NCBI GenBank assembly: GCA_047495785.1
Contig: JBLDXI010000021.1
Location: 1,178,001 to 1,242,000, forward strand
DNA length: 64,000 nt
Direction: 5' to 3'
Source: Lepidodermella squamata
Taxonomy: Eukaryota > Animalia > Gastrotricha
This document shows, piece by piece, positions 49,284 through 64,000 of this stretch (position 1 is the stretch's first letter; every line of letters begins with the position of its first letter). A model generated the notes under the pieces. The model was given only the letters and a program-made list of their open reading frames with translations. It had not been told where the DNA came from and searched no databases. The position numbers and the translations under genes are program-made.

Positions 49284-52146
49284 ATGGCTTATGCGCTACT
49301 GTTTGGTGAAGACGCCTGTCCAGGATCGCATCAAATTTTCGAAGTTATCTCGGCGTTGAAGAGCAGTCAAACTGCTAAGCAATTTTGCACAGATGTTCGG
49401 CTCAGAGCTGCCGGCGGTCGCGAGGCAGTCGCTGCTCGAAATAATCGCATTAAATCAACAGAACAGCAATTTATAAATGCCTTGGATGCTGGTCGGGTTG
49501 AAGATGCCTTGAAACTTATACGCGAAAACGCCGAAGTTGCGATGGGCTTTGAATTCCGAGGATTGAAGATCATGACCGCAATTCTATTTGGAATGGGCAA
49601 ATACGAGGAGGCCTTATCCATGGTTTTGATCGGAAAAAGGTATTACAACTACAAAGAAGCTGATATTTGCCCCGATTTCAATGAAATATGCGCCCGTTCG
49701 GGATACAACCGTGTTGACATTACGCACCTTCAGGAAATTTGCGAGCGTATTAAAGGAATTTCAAGCTGGGATGTCTTTCCGATATTTCTAGCTTATCACC
49801 TTATCGCGAAGACCAAGTCTAACAAACGATCGATGTTGAAGAAAATCGAGTCAGCATTGGTTTCGAATGCATTCATTGTAAAATCGCTTACCGAAGTGAA
49901 TTTCGCAGAGGACAGCCTCGATAAGATGCATTTTGTCGCTATGCTTCTCCGATTGATTCAATTGCTACCCGAGCCTTATTTAGGCAGCTCGCCTGGGCTG
50001 TTCGAATCTATGATTTCCGCGATGGGCGATTCGTTGATGTCCAGAGCTACGCTCGTAAGAATGGCATGCTCTACTGAAGGCGCTTTCGATTCCTTGGTTT
50101 TTGAATTCTATAATATAACCTTGGGCGAAATCACGGACTTGAATGAGAAATCGCTGGATCAGAAAAAATTGGCGCCTTACAACAAGATATCGTGGTACAG
50201 CAACGCCGTTGCTTTGATGATTTTCGGCGTATTTAGGCTAGATTTCGATTCGGAGGGAGATCTGGCAGCCAGATTAATTTGTTCTATCTTGATGCTTGAA
50301 AAGTTCATCTGCAATGACAAATATTTTACAGTTCTGGCTGGTGGCGCCAATTGTAACGCTGAAGGTAAATCATTGCTTTTTGTTTCCCAATTCTATTTTC
50401 ACCTGATTGTTTGCAATTTAAAACGTGCTTGGCTATTTTGCCTGGAAAAATTCAATTTTGGACGCTCACGTGGGCCAATTATTTTAAAACCGTCTGATTA
50501 TTCATCGAGGTGTACACCAAAAATGATGTTGACCCCCCTCTCCCTCTCTTTTTTGTACGGAATCTTGCTTAGCACCTTCGCAAACCGCTAGAAGTCTACC
50601 TCCCGAAATTTCCAACCCTTAATTTACCTGTTGGCTCAATTTTGAAATAATTCTATTAAAAATGCACCCGGTTATATTTGATAGAAATATTACTATTTCT
50701 ATCAAATTGACGATTTTCCGCCCATTTTTCGCACGAGGCGATCGGGTCGTGATGATCCTTTCAGCCGGAATTTTAAAAATGAATGTATTTCCCCTCAAAT
50801 CACAACTGCTAAGAGCATTTCATCCTCGATCATCCTCGATCATCATCCTCGATTTCACCGAGGGAAACCCGTGAATTTAGAAATACCTTTTGGCAATAAG
50901 ATGACATTCTAGTCTCATCGATCCCTATTTCCTCATTGTCTTCAAGCTTCTTTCCCTGCGTTATCAGACCCTTGAAACAGACCCATTTTTGTGAATTTCA
51001 GTTACCAAGTGCCATGCGGAGTCTTTCGATATTTGGTTGCTGTTCAACGCTTTGTCTTTCGGGATGTGGAGTGGAGGCTTTTTGGATGAACCCGACTTTA
51101 CTTCCACCGGTATATTTTTGCCCAGAATCAGCTTGCAATATTTCGAATCAAAAATTGAAGAATTGAATTCGAATTCCGTGAAATATTTGCTTCAAAACCG
51201 AATCTTCGTGCATTTGCTCACCGACCGCCTCAACTTTTTCTGGACAAACTCGGCAAAGCTTAACAGCATAGCCGGGGCTCAGCATATGTACACGCTTGGA
51301 GCCTTCGGTTCGCTAGTCAAACACAAAGCTGCCTCGGCAGAAATTTTCAAGCCCCTTGTCGAGTCGAAAGATTTTTGCGATTCATTTCTACCGCCAGCAA
51401 TCAGGGTAGCATCGGAAACGGTTGATTTTAACCTGATGCTCAAGTACGGTGTGCCACTCAGGCAATATGAAGATTTTCATCACCTGGAGTTTGGCAAAAG
51501 TTTAGTTCTAGTAAAAATAATATCGAAATTCGCCTCCATCTCAAACCAATTGATACCTCGATATTTTGATGACGCTGATTTATTGATCCGCCTCCTTTCC
51601 CGCATTCAGTCCTTCAGTGGTGAAGAAATGCATTTAACCAGCTTGATTTTCCGCAATGCTAACCAATCTATGTGCCTCAAGCTGAGGTCGATGAGTTTGA
51701 TGAAAACCTACGCCCGAAATATTCGCGATGAAATTTCGAACAGCCGAGCGATTTCGAATTCCAATAAATGCGAATTTCTTTGCTGTATCAACGCTGTTTT
51801 AGCGATGGCTGCCGCGCTTGATCGCAGTTATTTTTCGGCTCAATGTCTCGAATTAGACACTCCCAAACAACAAAGGTTGTTTTTCTTGAAGTTGACTGCT
51901 CTCATCTCCGGGGAAGCTATGGCTGAAATCGTGAAACCGGGCTACAAAAATACGAAAAATGGCGAATTTTCGCTGGGAACCATGCAGATTTTTCAGCTGG
52001 TCGGTTCACTTGCGAGCGGAATGGTTTTGGCAAAGCTAACCGCTGCTGATCCGCGATTTAAGCTCTCCTTCTACAAGAGCCCTTGCCGTAAACTGCTCTT
52101 GGAAAAGCTTCGAGAAAATGTTGGAAAACTGCGAAAATTGATATGA
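49284..52146 (+). CDS. Unknown ~741-aa alpha-helical protein, paralog A; 2 coding exons (49284-50364, 51002-52146)
   Basis: The spliced length is 2226 nt, which is in frame. It aligns end to end with 52528-54789 (FC..vR.RAAGGR.AV, GAFD.L..EF, SWY.N, FD.WL...ALSF, LA.G......AD.RF). Confidence 0.75.
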
Positions 52147-52527
52147 GCTGAACTATTTATTTTCATGAGTTTCAGGTTTTTGTAAATGTTAAAATATTGG
52201 CCTGTTCGGAGAGTTTATTTCTAACATTTCGGCTTTTGAAATTTTCGATTTTTTGGGATTTAAAATTTATAAAATAATTGAGACAATTTTTCCGAGTTTT
52301 TTGTTGTAATTAATTTTTTGTAATTTCGAATCACTTATTCCTTTGCGTTTTTGTTGCACGCGTTCATGATTCTTTCACATCACGTGGCTAAATTTCGCCA
52401 CTGAAGAAAGTTGCTTCGACAAACTAATGAAAACGATGCGAATTTTGAAGTCAAATGACTTGATAATTCCATAATAATTTATGAATTTTTTATTTCGAAT
52501 TTCGAATTTTTTAGAATTTACAAATCG

Positions 52528-54789
52528 ATGTCTTTCGAGCTGATTTTCGGGGAAAATACCCGTCCTGGCTCGGAAGAAGTCTGCTCGATACTTCAAAAGC
52601 TTCAAGACCGGTCTGACGCAAACCGATTCTGCGAGGAAATTCGAACTCGCGCTGCTGGTGGCCGATCAGCAGTTGAAAATCGCCGTGTCGAAATCACATC
52701 CCTGGAGCAACAAGCCCGCGAATTTCGCAAAAATGGCCAATTGGAACAGGCTGTGATCAAATTCTACGAATCTGCCAATCTTCAAGGCGCCTATGACGCC
52801 GAGCCGTTGAAAGAAAGTGTTGAAATGCTTCAAGATCTTGGCCGGCACGATGAAGCTGTTGCTATGGCGTTTCTAGGGACGCAGTACTACGTCTACGATA
52901 ATCCCTGGTTTGAACAGAAAATGGCGGATAGTTATCGGAAACTTGGATTCGAATCTGGTTCACCGAATCGGAACGATGAAGTCGCTCTGCAAACGACTTT
53001 CATCCACATTTTAGAGATTGGCGATCCTTTGGAAACGAAAATTCCACTCGCGAAAAGTTTGTACCACGTCGCTAATGCCATCAATGTTTTGGCGCCTACA
53101 GGCGCTAATCGAATTTCTAAGCTCGGCGAACGTCGATTTTGCTCAACTTTATCGAAAAACAAGTATTTAGCCTCGAAATTGATTTTGACCCCCCGATACG
53201 ATTTACTCGAATTGAATGAACTGCATTTAGCTGTGCTGATTTTGCGGCTTTTGAAGCCTTCGAAATACTCGGAAGATTCGATCATCTACACTCAAGAGCC
53301 GTTGTTCTACAGCAGCATAATTCACAAAGTCGGCCTCGCATTTTCGAGCCGGGAATTATTCGTTAAAATGGCGCGCAGTAAAATCGGCGCGTTCGATCCG
53401 CTGCTTCGTGAATTTATCGATTTAATCCGAATTCCTGTCGATGTAACGTGCCCGAATAAGGCCCTGATCGCGCCGGTTTTCTGCGAATTTTCTTGGTACT
53501 GTAATTTCAGTACTTCGATGATTTTCAGCGGTACTAAATTGGATGATAAGAAGCTGTTTAAAAACACTGGCCTCTACTGTGATTTGACTCTTATCCCGGA
53601 GCGGTTTTGTTTCGAAGCTAAAGAATCGTCATTAGACTCGATTTTTCCGAATCATCTCGTATTGAATGAGAACAAATTTGCGAAACCTTTCGATGTCTGG
53701 CTGGTTCTAATCGCTTTATCTTTCGCCGAGTTCAAATTAGCCTTGACAATTGATGAAAATGGCGAGAACGAGGACCATTACGATGAATCCGAGCTAACCC
53801 ATGTTGATATGTGTTTTATATGGAACGCTATCTACGTACCGTTTGGAATAGTCGAACAACTCGGATCAAGGGTAGTGCCTCAATTTTTGATTAAAAACAA
53901 ATTTCTACTCGTTCACCTCGCTGAAAGGCTGGAATTTTTCGCCGAAAATATTTTTGACATAGAACCAGACATGGCTGAAACACAGTTGACTCAAATCGTG
54001 ATTTTGCTGCATCGAATTATTAGTCATGGGAAAGTTTCGATGAAACAACTCGAATTGTTGGCACAATGGAGCGATTTTACGTATCCTCTAATCGTCGCGA
54101 CTTGGAAAATTCTGAAAAATGCTGAAAAGAGCCAGCATTTTACGAGCAATGAAGACGACGCAACTTTACCGGCGCAAATTGTCGCGAAACTCGCGGCTTC
54201 TAGTCGGCAATTTGCAGAATTCGTGTTGAACCACCAAAACTTGGTTACGGCAGTTTTCAAGAATCAATCCACGCTCGGTTTAGCGGATATTCAGCTCATA
54301 ACTGCGATTCTTCGCTTCGGAAATGACGCGACCATTAAGACTCTGGCTGCCCAAGAAAAAAGGGTGTTATTCAAATCGCTTGCCAAAGATTTATTGAACG
54401 ATATCACCAGTTTATTGAAAGAGCCGCCCTATCATGTTGACAATCGTTATTTGAGCAACGTTTTACTAGCTTTTAACGCTCTGATAACGACGCGGAAAAT
54501 TACTGGAAGGCCATTGGTGGCTTTCAGCGACATCGCGTGGAGCCCGAATCCATTGCAACGGCGGCGTTTTTTCGAAAATTTAGCAGCGACTTCAATTCGC
54601 GGGAATGACGCGAGAACTTGGGATCAAAGTGCCGCCTCTTTAGCGGCTGGAATTTTGATGGGGACAATCTGTGAGGCCGATTCGCGTTTCGCTACGATGT
54701 TTTCAAATTATACAGCGTGTCGTGGCCTTGTCGCGAAAATGAGCGCGAATATAGCCTGTTTGGCTAGCAAATTAAATGATGATGTATAA
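52528..54789 (+). CDS. Unknown 753-aa alpha-helical protein with TPR-like N-terminus, paralog B; intronless CDS
   Basis: Long ORF that is a clear paralog of 49284-52146, with TPR-like segments GQLEQAVIKFYES and LGRHDEAVAMA. Confidence 0.8.
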   Translation: MSFELIFGENTRPGSEEVCSILQKLQDRSDANRFCEEIRTRAAGGRSAVENRRVEITSLEQQAREFRKNGQLEQAVIKFYESANLQGAYDAEPLKESVEMLQDLGRHDEAVAMAFLGTQYYVYDNPWFEQKMADSYRKLGFESGSPNRNDEVALQTTFIHILEIGDPLETKIPLAKSLYHVANAINVLAPTGANRISKLGERRFCSTLSKNKYLASKLILTPRYDLLELNELHLAVLILRLLKPSKYSEDSIIYTQEPLFYSSIIHKVGLAFSSRELFVKMARSKIGAFDPLLREFIDLIRIPVDVTCPNKALIAPVFCEFSWYCNFSTSMIFSGTKLDDKKLFKNTGLYCDLTLIPERFCFEAKESSLDSIFPNHLVLNENKFAKPFDVWLVLIALSFAEFKLALTIDENGENEDHYDESELTHVDMCFIWNAIYVPFGIVEQLGSRVVPQFLIKNKFLLVHLAERLEFFAENIFDIEPDMAETQLTQIVILLHRIISHGKVSMKQLELLAQWSDFTYPLIVATWKILKNAEKSQHFTSNEDDATLPAQIVAKLAASSRQFAEFVLNHQNLVTAVFKNQSTLGLADIQLITAILRFGNDATIKTLAAQEKRVLFKSLAKDLLNDITSLLKEPPYHVDNRYLSNVLLAFNALITTRKITGRPLVAFSDIAWSPNPLQRRRFFENLAATSIRGNDARTWDQSAASLAAGILMGTICEADSRFATMFSNYTACRGLVAKMSANIACLASKLNDDV

Positions 54790-55039
54790 ATTTTTAAAAT
54801 AAACTTGAGTTCGAAAGGCGCTTTTAATCTCATGATTTTTTTTTTAAAACATAAATTGCTCGAGTATTTTTCCGGCAAACCACAATAAAACACGACACGC
54901 TTCAGGTATATTATAATTTGCTAATTACAGCTAACCAGAGCTTCGTGTCGCTATAAAGAATAAAACATGCTGCGATAATTTTCGATAAATTGATTTCTAA
55001 CGAGAAGTTCCGATAGTCTGAAACACGTTATATATTCTT

Positions 55040-56549
55040 TCATGATTGGAATTTTTGACTGCAATCGCTCGTTGAGTTACGAGCTGATGTGACGATTTCG
55101 CTGCTTGTCGAAGGCGAAGATGGTATTGACCCTAAAATGGCTCCGATACCGAATCGCAAAGAGTTCGGATGCATGACAGATTTTGCCTCTGCGGCTGCGA
55201 AATTGTCCTGAGAAAAATTAATTAATAAAAAATCAAAATTAATTCAAAATTAATTACCGGTGCAATTGATGTTAGGGAGGAAGGTGAGGACGTTGTTGGT
55301 GAGGTATTTTTGTTTTTATCGCCACCAATTTCGGGCACTCGATCATCGACTTGTACTGAGGACCCATCTGATGACATGTCGTCCATATCATCCACCTCAA
55401 TTGGCGACTGAGGTGCCTGGCTCTGATCTTGCCGGCTCGAATCATTTGTCGAAAATTTGCTTTTGTTATTGTTATTGTTCGTTTTTGAGGGTGGTACAAT
55501 CGGCTCGCCGCTACATGACGCGAGTCGAGAGGCGTGTGAAGGGCGGCCCGGACCTTTACGCGTATTTTCCTTTTTCCTCCACTTGGCGCGCCGGTTTTGG
55601 TACCAGACCTGTATTACGGAAATCGAGCGTAGAAATAAGTCACCGGCTTAATCATCGTAAATATTGAAATCGAATTAATTCGACAATTGATTGAAAGCAG
55701 GAAATTAATTGAATTAACTTTAGCGTTCAACTCGGAAATTACGAAAACGATTTATTGTCTCACTTTAAATCGCTCGGAAATTAACTCGGCCGCGGTTAAT
55801 AATATTATTAACGTTTTCGATAAATTTGTTTATTATTGCGAGCAAAAATTGATTATAAAAACAAAAATACCTGTATTCGACTTTCGGCGAGTCCGAGTGT
55901 ACTCGCTAACGTTTCACGAGCCGCTTGATCAGGGTAATGACAGCCAATGAAGGCGCGTTCCAATTCGACTGAATAAAAAATAAATGGGGCATAAAATTAC
56001 CCGAATTCCGAAAATTTCGTTCATACCTAGTTGCCAGTTCGTGAAATTCGTCCGCTGCCGCCTTCGACTCGACAATTTACAATTGTTAGGCGAGGCCATG
56101 GCGAGGGATGACATTCGAGATTGAGGGGGTGATTCGACTTTGATAGCGAGTTCTCCGTTCGATTTGTTATTATTCGACGACGACGTTGAATCAACAAGTG
56201 GTAAAATATTCGATGACTTATTCATCATGTCATCCTGAGGTTTCAGATCGATCGTGCCGTTATTCGTGCTCAGATTTGGTAAAACTTGCCGTAGCAAGAT
56301 TGTCACAGCTTCAGGGCTGTTCGCCAACGAGCCGCTGGTGATTAGCGAGGCGAGAAGAGCTGCTACGTCAGGTTGTTGGGTAATCGACATGTTGTTGGTA
56401 CTGATTTGCTGTTGGCTCTGGTTCGAGGCGAATAGGGTGTCGAGGAGCTGTTGCTGGAACCAGCTTTGGTGCCCAGTTGGTGTGAACAGGCTGGTCGGCT
56501 GCTGCTGTAGCTGGCTAAACGCAGTTAGCCGTCGTGTAAATTCCTCCAT
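55040..56549 (-). CDS. unc-4: Paired-class homeobox gene, Unc-4/Uncx family; 4 exons
   Basis: Spliced homeodomain RRQRTNFTNWQL|VELERAFIGCHYPDQAARETLASTLGLAESRIQ|VWYQNRRAKWRKKE, followed by the Uncx-type extension NTRKGPGRPSHASRLASCSGEPI. The last exon has an eh1-like FGIGAIL motif. Confidence 0.88.
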
Positions 56550-58540
56550 GATAGCTATAATTAGCAAGGTCTACCACTATTAGGTGAATAAGAAGTGACG
56601 ATTTTATAGCTAAATTTGCTCGCAATAAATTTCAAGTAATTGTTGACTGAGGCGAGCGCGCGCGCTGCTAATATGAAATATATTGTTATTGAAGGTGAGC
56701 GCGCTAATTTAAGCGCTCAAGGTATTTTAATTGAGAGCGTAGGGCGGAGTGGGTAAATGTCTCCCTATTTAAATTGTTTCGATATAATAATAATATGAAC
56801 TGGTGAGCAGCCACTCCAGCGCGTCAATAGAGTGTGGCCTATTTTCTATTAATATCGTATTATAATATATTAATAAGAGATGTGCGACGAGACTCGAGTC
56901 GCGCGGCCTAGATTGTTGCCGATTACTTTGGCTGAACCACCGAGCGGAAATGCTTCTAATTTGACGGCATTGACGGCGACACGAGCCAAGCGCATGGTGG
57001 AACAATATAAATAATATAATTATTTCGAGTCGCCAATTTTATTTTTATTTTCATAAAAGGGCGCCTTCTCTTTAATTACGGCAATAATATTAGAAACAGT
57101 AAATTACTCAAAACTCAAAATCAACAAGTCCATGTTAATAATTTTCTCGTCGTCGTCGTCGTCATTGTATTATCATTATTTTTATTTCATTTTCGTCATT
57201 CGTCAATACCGTGTAATTGAAATAATTTAAAATTCCAAGGCCACTGTCGCGTGTTAATTTTCAGTATCAACTTCTTAATCTCAATATAATAATTATAAGG
57301 AGGCGCATGCTTTTAATGCCAACACATCACAGCACCGCGCGCTTAATAAAATTATTTTATTATCTCTCGCTCTCTTCAGTAATTTTCGACGACAATGCCG
57401 GAGTGAGATGAGCATTACATACAAACATATACAGCATGCAAGTGCGCTATACTGCTGGCTGGTACTGGCGATGATAATGATGATGATGATGATGAGTTGA
57501 TTGAAATAGCGTGTTAACTCACTCTCTTCACGTTTACTTCTTATATTGCTTGCCCGCGCCGTATATTTTCATTTTAATTGCATATGACATTCTATTAGCA
57601 GCAAGTTCATCGCACACGAAAAATGCGCATGTGATAGAAGACAGCTTCAAGTAGTGATGCTGCAAATAATTACATCAATGTAATTATCTCTTGTGGTGGT
57701 GATGGTGTTGTAAAAAAAAGTTTAACCATCACCTTTGCACACTTACGTGCAGCTTAATAGAAAAAAATTGAATTAAATGATGAGAAAAAACGTAAACAAA
57801 TTAAGGTATCTTTTAATCTTCTAGTTATACTGCAATTGCAATTAGGGAATACGAGCTAGTTATTATTTCGTTCTTCATCTCAGGTCGCGGTTTGCATAAT
57901 CAGCTCAAAAAAGTGAAAAGGACATTCAAAGTGGCTTGTGGCCTATAATAAGACTCGGATTGATTCCGAAGCTTGATTCCCGTGTCAATGAGGGGTATAT
58001 CCAGCTCGAAAAATGGTCGCACTAAATCGGCCGCGGGAATTTCGCAATATTGTTGGTCCAAATATTGTTGCTGAACTCCATCAAAATGTTTATGTTGTAA
58101 TATTTTCCATTCTCCAAAACAGTGTTGTTTCTACCTGACTGCATTTTTATGGCGTTAGTCACGTATCCAAATGAACCAATCCAACCTGGAGAAGAGAATA
58201 TTTTTATGGAAGAAAAATTCTGACAACTATCGAAAAATAACTCCCGGTCAGCCTGCAAGCTTTATCGACGTAGTTTTGACAATTCACTCGTTGAACCTGA
58301 CGAAAAGTTGTATATTGAAATGTATATTGGGAGCTAAAAAAACAAGCCCAGAACAGCCCGCTTCACTTTTTAGATCAAGTAATGGATTGCTGAAATAACG
58401 CTTATAATTTATCATCTGTTCGCGGAGCAAATTCATTCATATATTCAAATGCGTCATAAGAATTACAGTTTTAGATTTGAGGGATAATGTTAGAGGTAAC
58501 GCAGGAATTCGAGTTTACTTGGAGAAAAACTTCAACTTTG

Positions 58541-59860
58541 TTTGTTTTATCATCGACTTGAGGGCTCAACAGCACACCTTTTTATTGCGAAGCTAGGATG
58601 AACCGCGCATTTCACGCGTGACGATGTGTGAAATGCGCGTGAAATTTCATTCAATGCAGCAATTGCAATTAATGCGCATATTTCCGGGGCCTCGCATAAT
58701 TCACGCTGCAATTAGACGCTTATTGTAATTAATGAATAGAATTGAATTAAGATATGTTCATGCTTTCTCTTGAAAATTGGAAAAGTCTCCGGAAAACGAT
58801 GCTGCGAGTCGAACCAAGAAATAACATTCTAAGATGCTAGAAAAATCTACCCAATCGCGTGCTTTAACAATTTCGAAGTCCAGCCGATAGCGATTTATTG
58901 AATGCCGTATTTCATCGAATAATATCCCACCTCAAATAATAACCCCCTCGAATAATAGCCCAAAAAATTCACAAAAGTTAATATAATATAGTCTGCCTCA
59001 AATAATCAGCAAAACAGGTTGAAGCGTCGAAATTATTAGGGAAGGCTTTTCCAACCGCGGAATCATTCCCGCTGAAAGATGTCTGGTTAGTTCGACCTGG
59101 CAAGCCTGTGGAAGCAGCTCATATCAACTATTGGGCTTGCCTGCCTTGAAAGCCCCTCGAATAATTGTCAGATTAATTTTCACTATTTTTCGAGTTCGAT
59201 AAATTACGGTACTAAGCAGTTATTATGAAAGCTCTCAATTTGTAAACACATAATTCATTAAGCCATTACTTGAATGGCATTTCGAAATGGATTCAGGGAA
59301 CACGGTTCCGCTGAAAGTGAGGCCCATTAACATTTGAGTCCTCATTCCTCTGCCACTCAGCTGGATCTTGACAGCATCGCATTCCTCAGTCGATGATATA
59401 TTTCCTACATATATCATAACATAATATTATATGCCCAAACATTTATCCAGGCTAAATAATTTCGGTATTAGCTTAGTGCTGTCTCGATCGGGCGCACGTC
59501 CAGAAGTCAAAGTCATTCAAAATAGCGCAATAAACGGCGCAGGGGATACGCGCACGACCAGCACGTGAAAGACGGCGATATGCGCGGCTTGCTTTGATGT
59601 ATTTCATTATCGGCATAATCCGGCCAGCTCACCTTGATGAGCAGCAGCCCTGTCGCTCGACATGTGAGCCTTGACGCGCTCGCGCGCGCCACCAAAAGAC
59701 ACGCCGGTTAATGCGCATTAATCTTTTAGCTCGAGCGACTTTATAGCGCCTTGACTCGGCTTTTATCACACATCATCACGCGTGAAATGCGCGGTTCATC
59801 TTTGCTTCGTAAAAAGGTGTGCTGTTTATACATGAGCCCTCGAGTCGATGATAAAACAAA
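58541..59860. repeat. 1.3-kb segment bounded by ~90-bp inverted repeats
   Basis: 58541-58631 (TTTGTTTTATCATCGACT...GATGAACCGCGCATTTCACGCGTGA.GATGTGTGA) is an inverted copy of 59766-59860. No TSD seen. Confidence 0.7.
58903..59211. mobile_element. Tc1/pogo-like MITE nested in the inverted-repeat segment
   Basis: Ends are TGCCGTATTTCATCGAA and TTCGATAAATTACGGTA, with internal CCCCTCGAATAAT repeats. Confidence 0.6.
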
Positions 59861-60507
59861 GCCGATTAAGTAGGTAATAACAAGCAACTCCAAATTTACG
59901 AAATCAAAACTTTTTTAATATAAACTGGAAATAATCGAGATAAATTTGTCAGTAATAATTATTAAATAATTGAAATAATTATTCGATGATTCATAATAGT
60001 AACTATTATCATCTTTACATAATTATATAAAAAAACAGAGACAAGTCTTCAAGTCGCGAGATGACACGTGAGAGATAGGCGAGATTCGTATTCCTCATCG
60101 TCATTATACAAATTGTTTGGTAATACACAAAAGGTCGTTAAAATATAAAGAGTAAAATTCGTTAAAGAGAGTTTTTGTTACATTAAAATTCATGCAATGC
60201 AATCATAGCGCGTTATTTCAACCTGTGAAAAAAAACTCGCCGAAATGACTTTGACAAAATATCAAGTTGAGATTATAGCAACCTCACAGACAATTTTCGG
60301 ATATTTCAGAAATATCAACGAAGATTCAAAACTAACTACACGAAGACGCGAAAATTCCAAACTATATACTACACTATAATTGCGTAGCTCAAGTGATTTG
60401 GGACTTCCTGAGATTCTAGTACAAGGTTGTTTCAGAATAAGAAAGTTATCTTTGATTGTTTTTACAATAATTTTTTCTGTGTCTATAAAAATTCTGAACA
60501 CGTCCGT

Positions 60508-63952
<3,445 letters not shown>

Positions 63953-64000
63953 TAGAGGACCGCCGGGGTAATTTAACAACTCGTCTAATTGCTTTCGGGC

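Noticed and set aside
50365-50591. C-terminal part of ORF 49245-50591 as real coding sequence
   Set aside because: Homology to paralog B stops at the 50365 donor and resumes at 51002, so this is read-through into an intron.
56600-60500. Hox-associated microRNA (miR-10) downstream of Lox5
   Set aside because: I could not find the mature miR-10 sequence on either strand by eye.

Overview
Eukaryotic genomic DNA with short GT-AG introns (mostly about 45-65 nt). It comes from a spiralian/lophotrochozoan animal, judged from a Lox5 Hox gene carrying the KLTGP parapeptide. Host genes are four single-domain angiotensin-converting enzyme (peptidase M2) paralogs, a probably anion-selective acetylcholine receptor alpha subunit, two ankyrin-repeat genes with signal peptides, an IFI27/ISG12-like gene plus a pseudogene copy, a FABP, a tandem pair of unknown alpha-helical proteins, an Unc-4/Uncx homeobox gene and Lox5. 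The most striking feature is a 9.2-kb DNA transposon at 7380-16583. It has about 130-bp near-perfect TIRs with CATG ends and a 2-bp CC flank duplication. It encodes an apparently intact, intron-rich RAG1/Transib-like DDE transposase. On the opposite strand, where ProtoRAG carries RAG2, it holds an intact divergent Rad21/Rec8-family kleisin (cohesin subunit) gene, and three small spliced ORFs lie between the two. Other repeats are decayed Ginger-like, RTE-like and LTR remnants, several MITEs and a tRNA-derived SINE. All gene models were spliced by hand and family calls come from motif recognition, not database searches.
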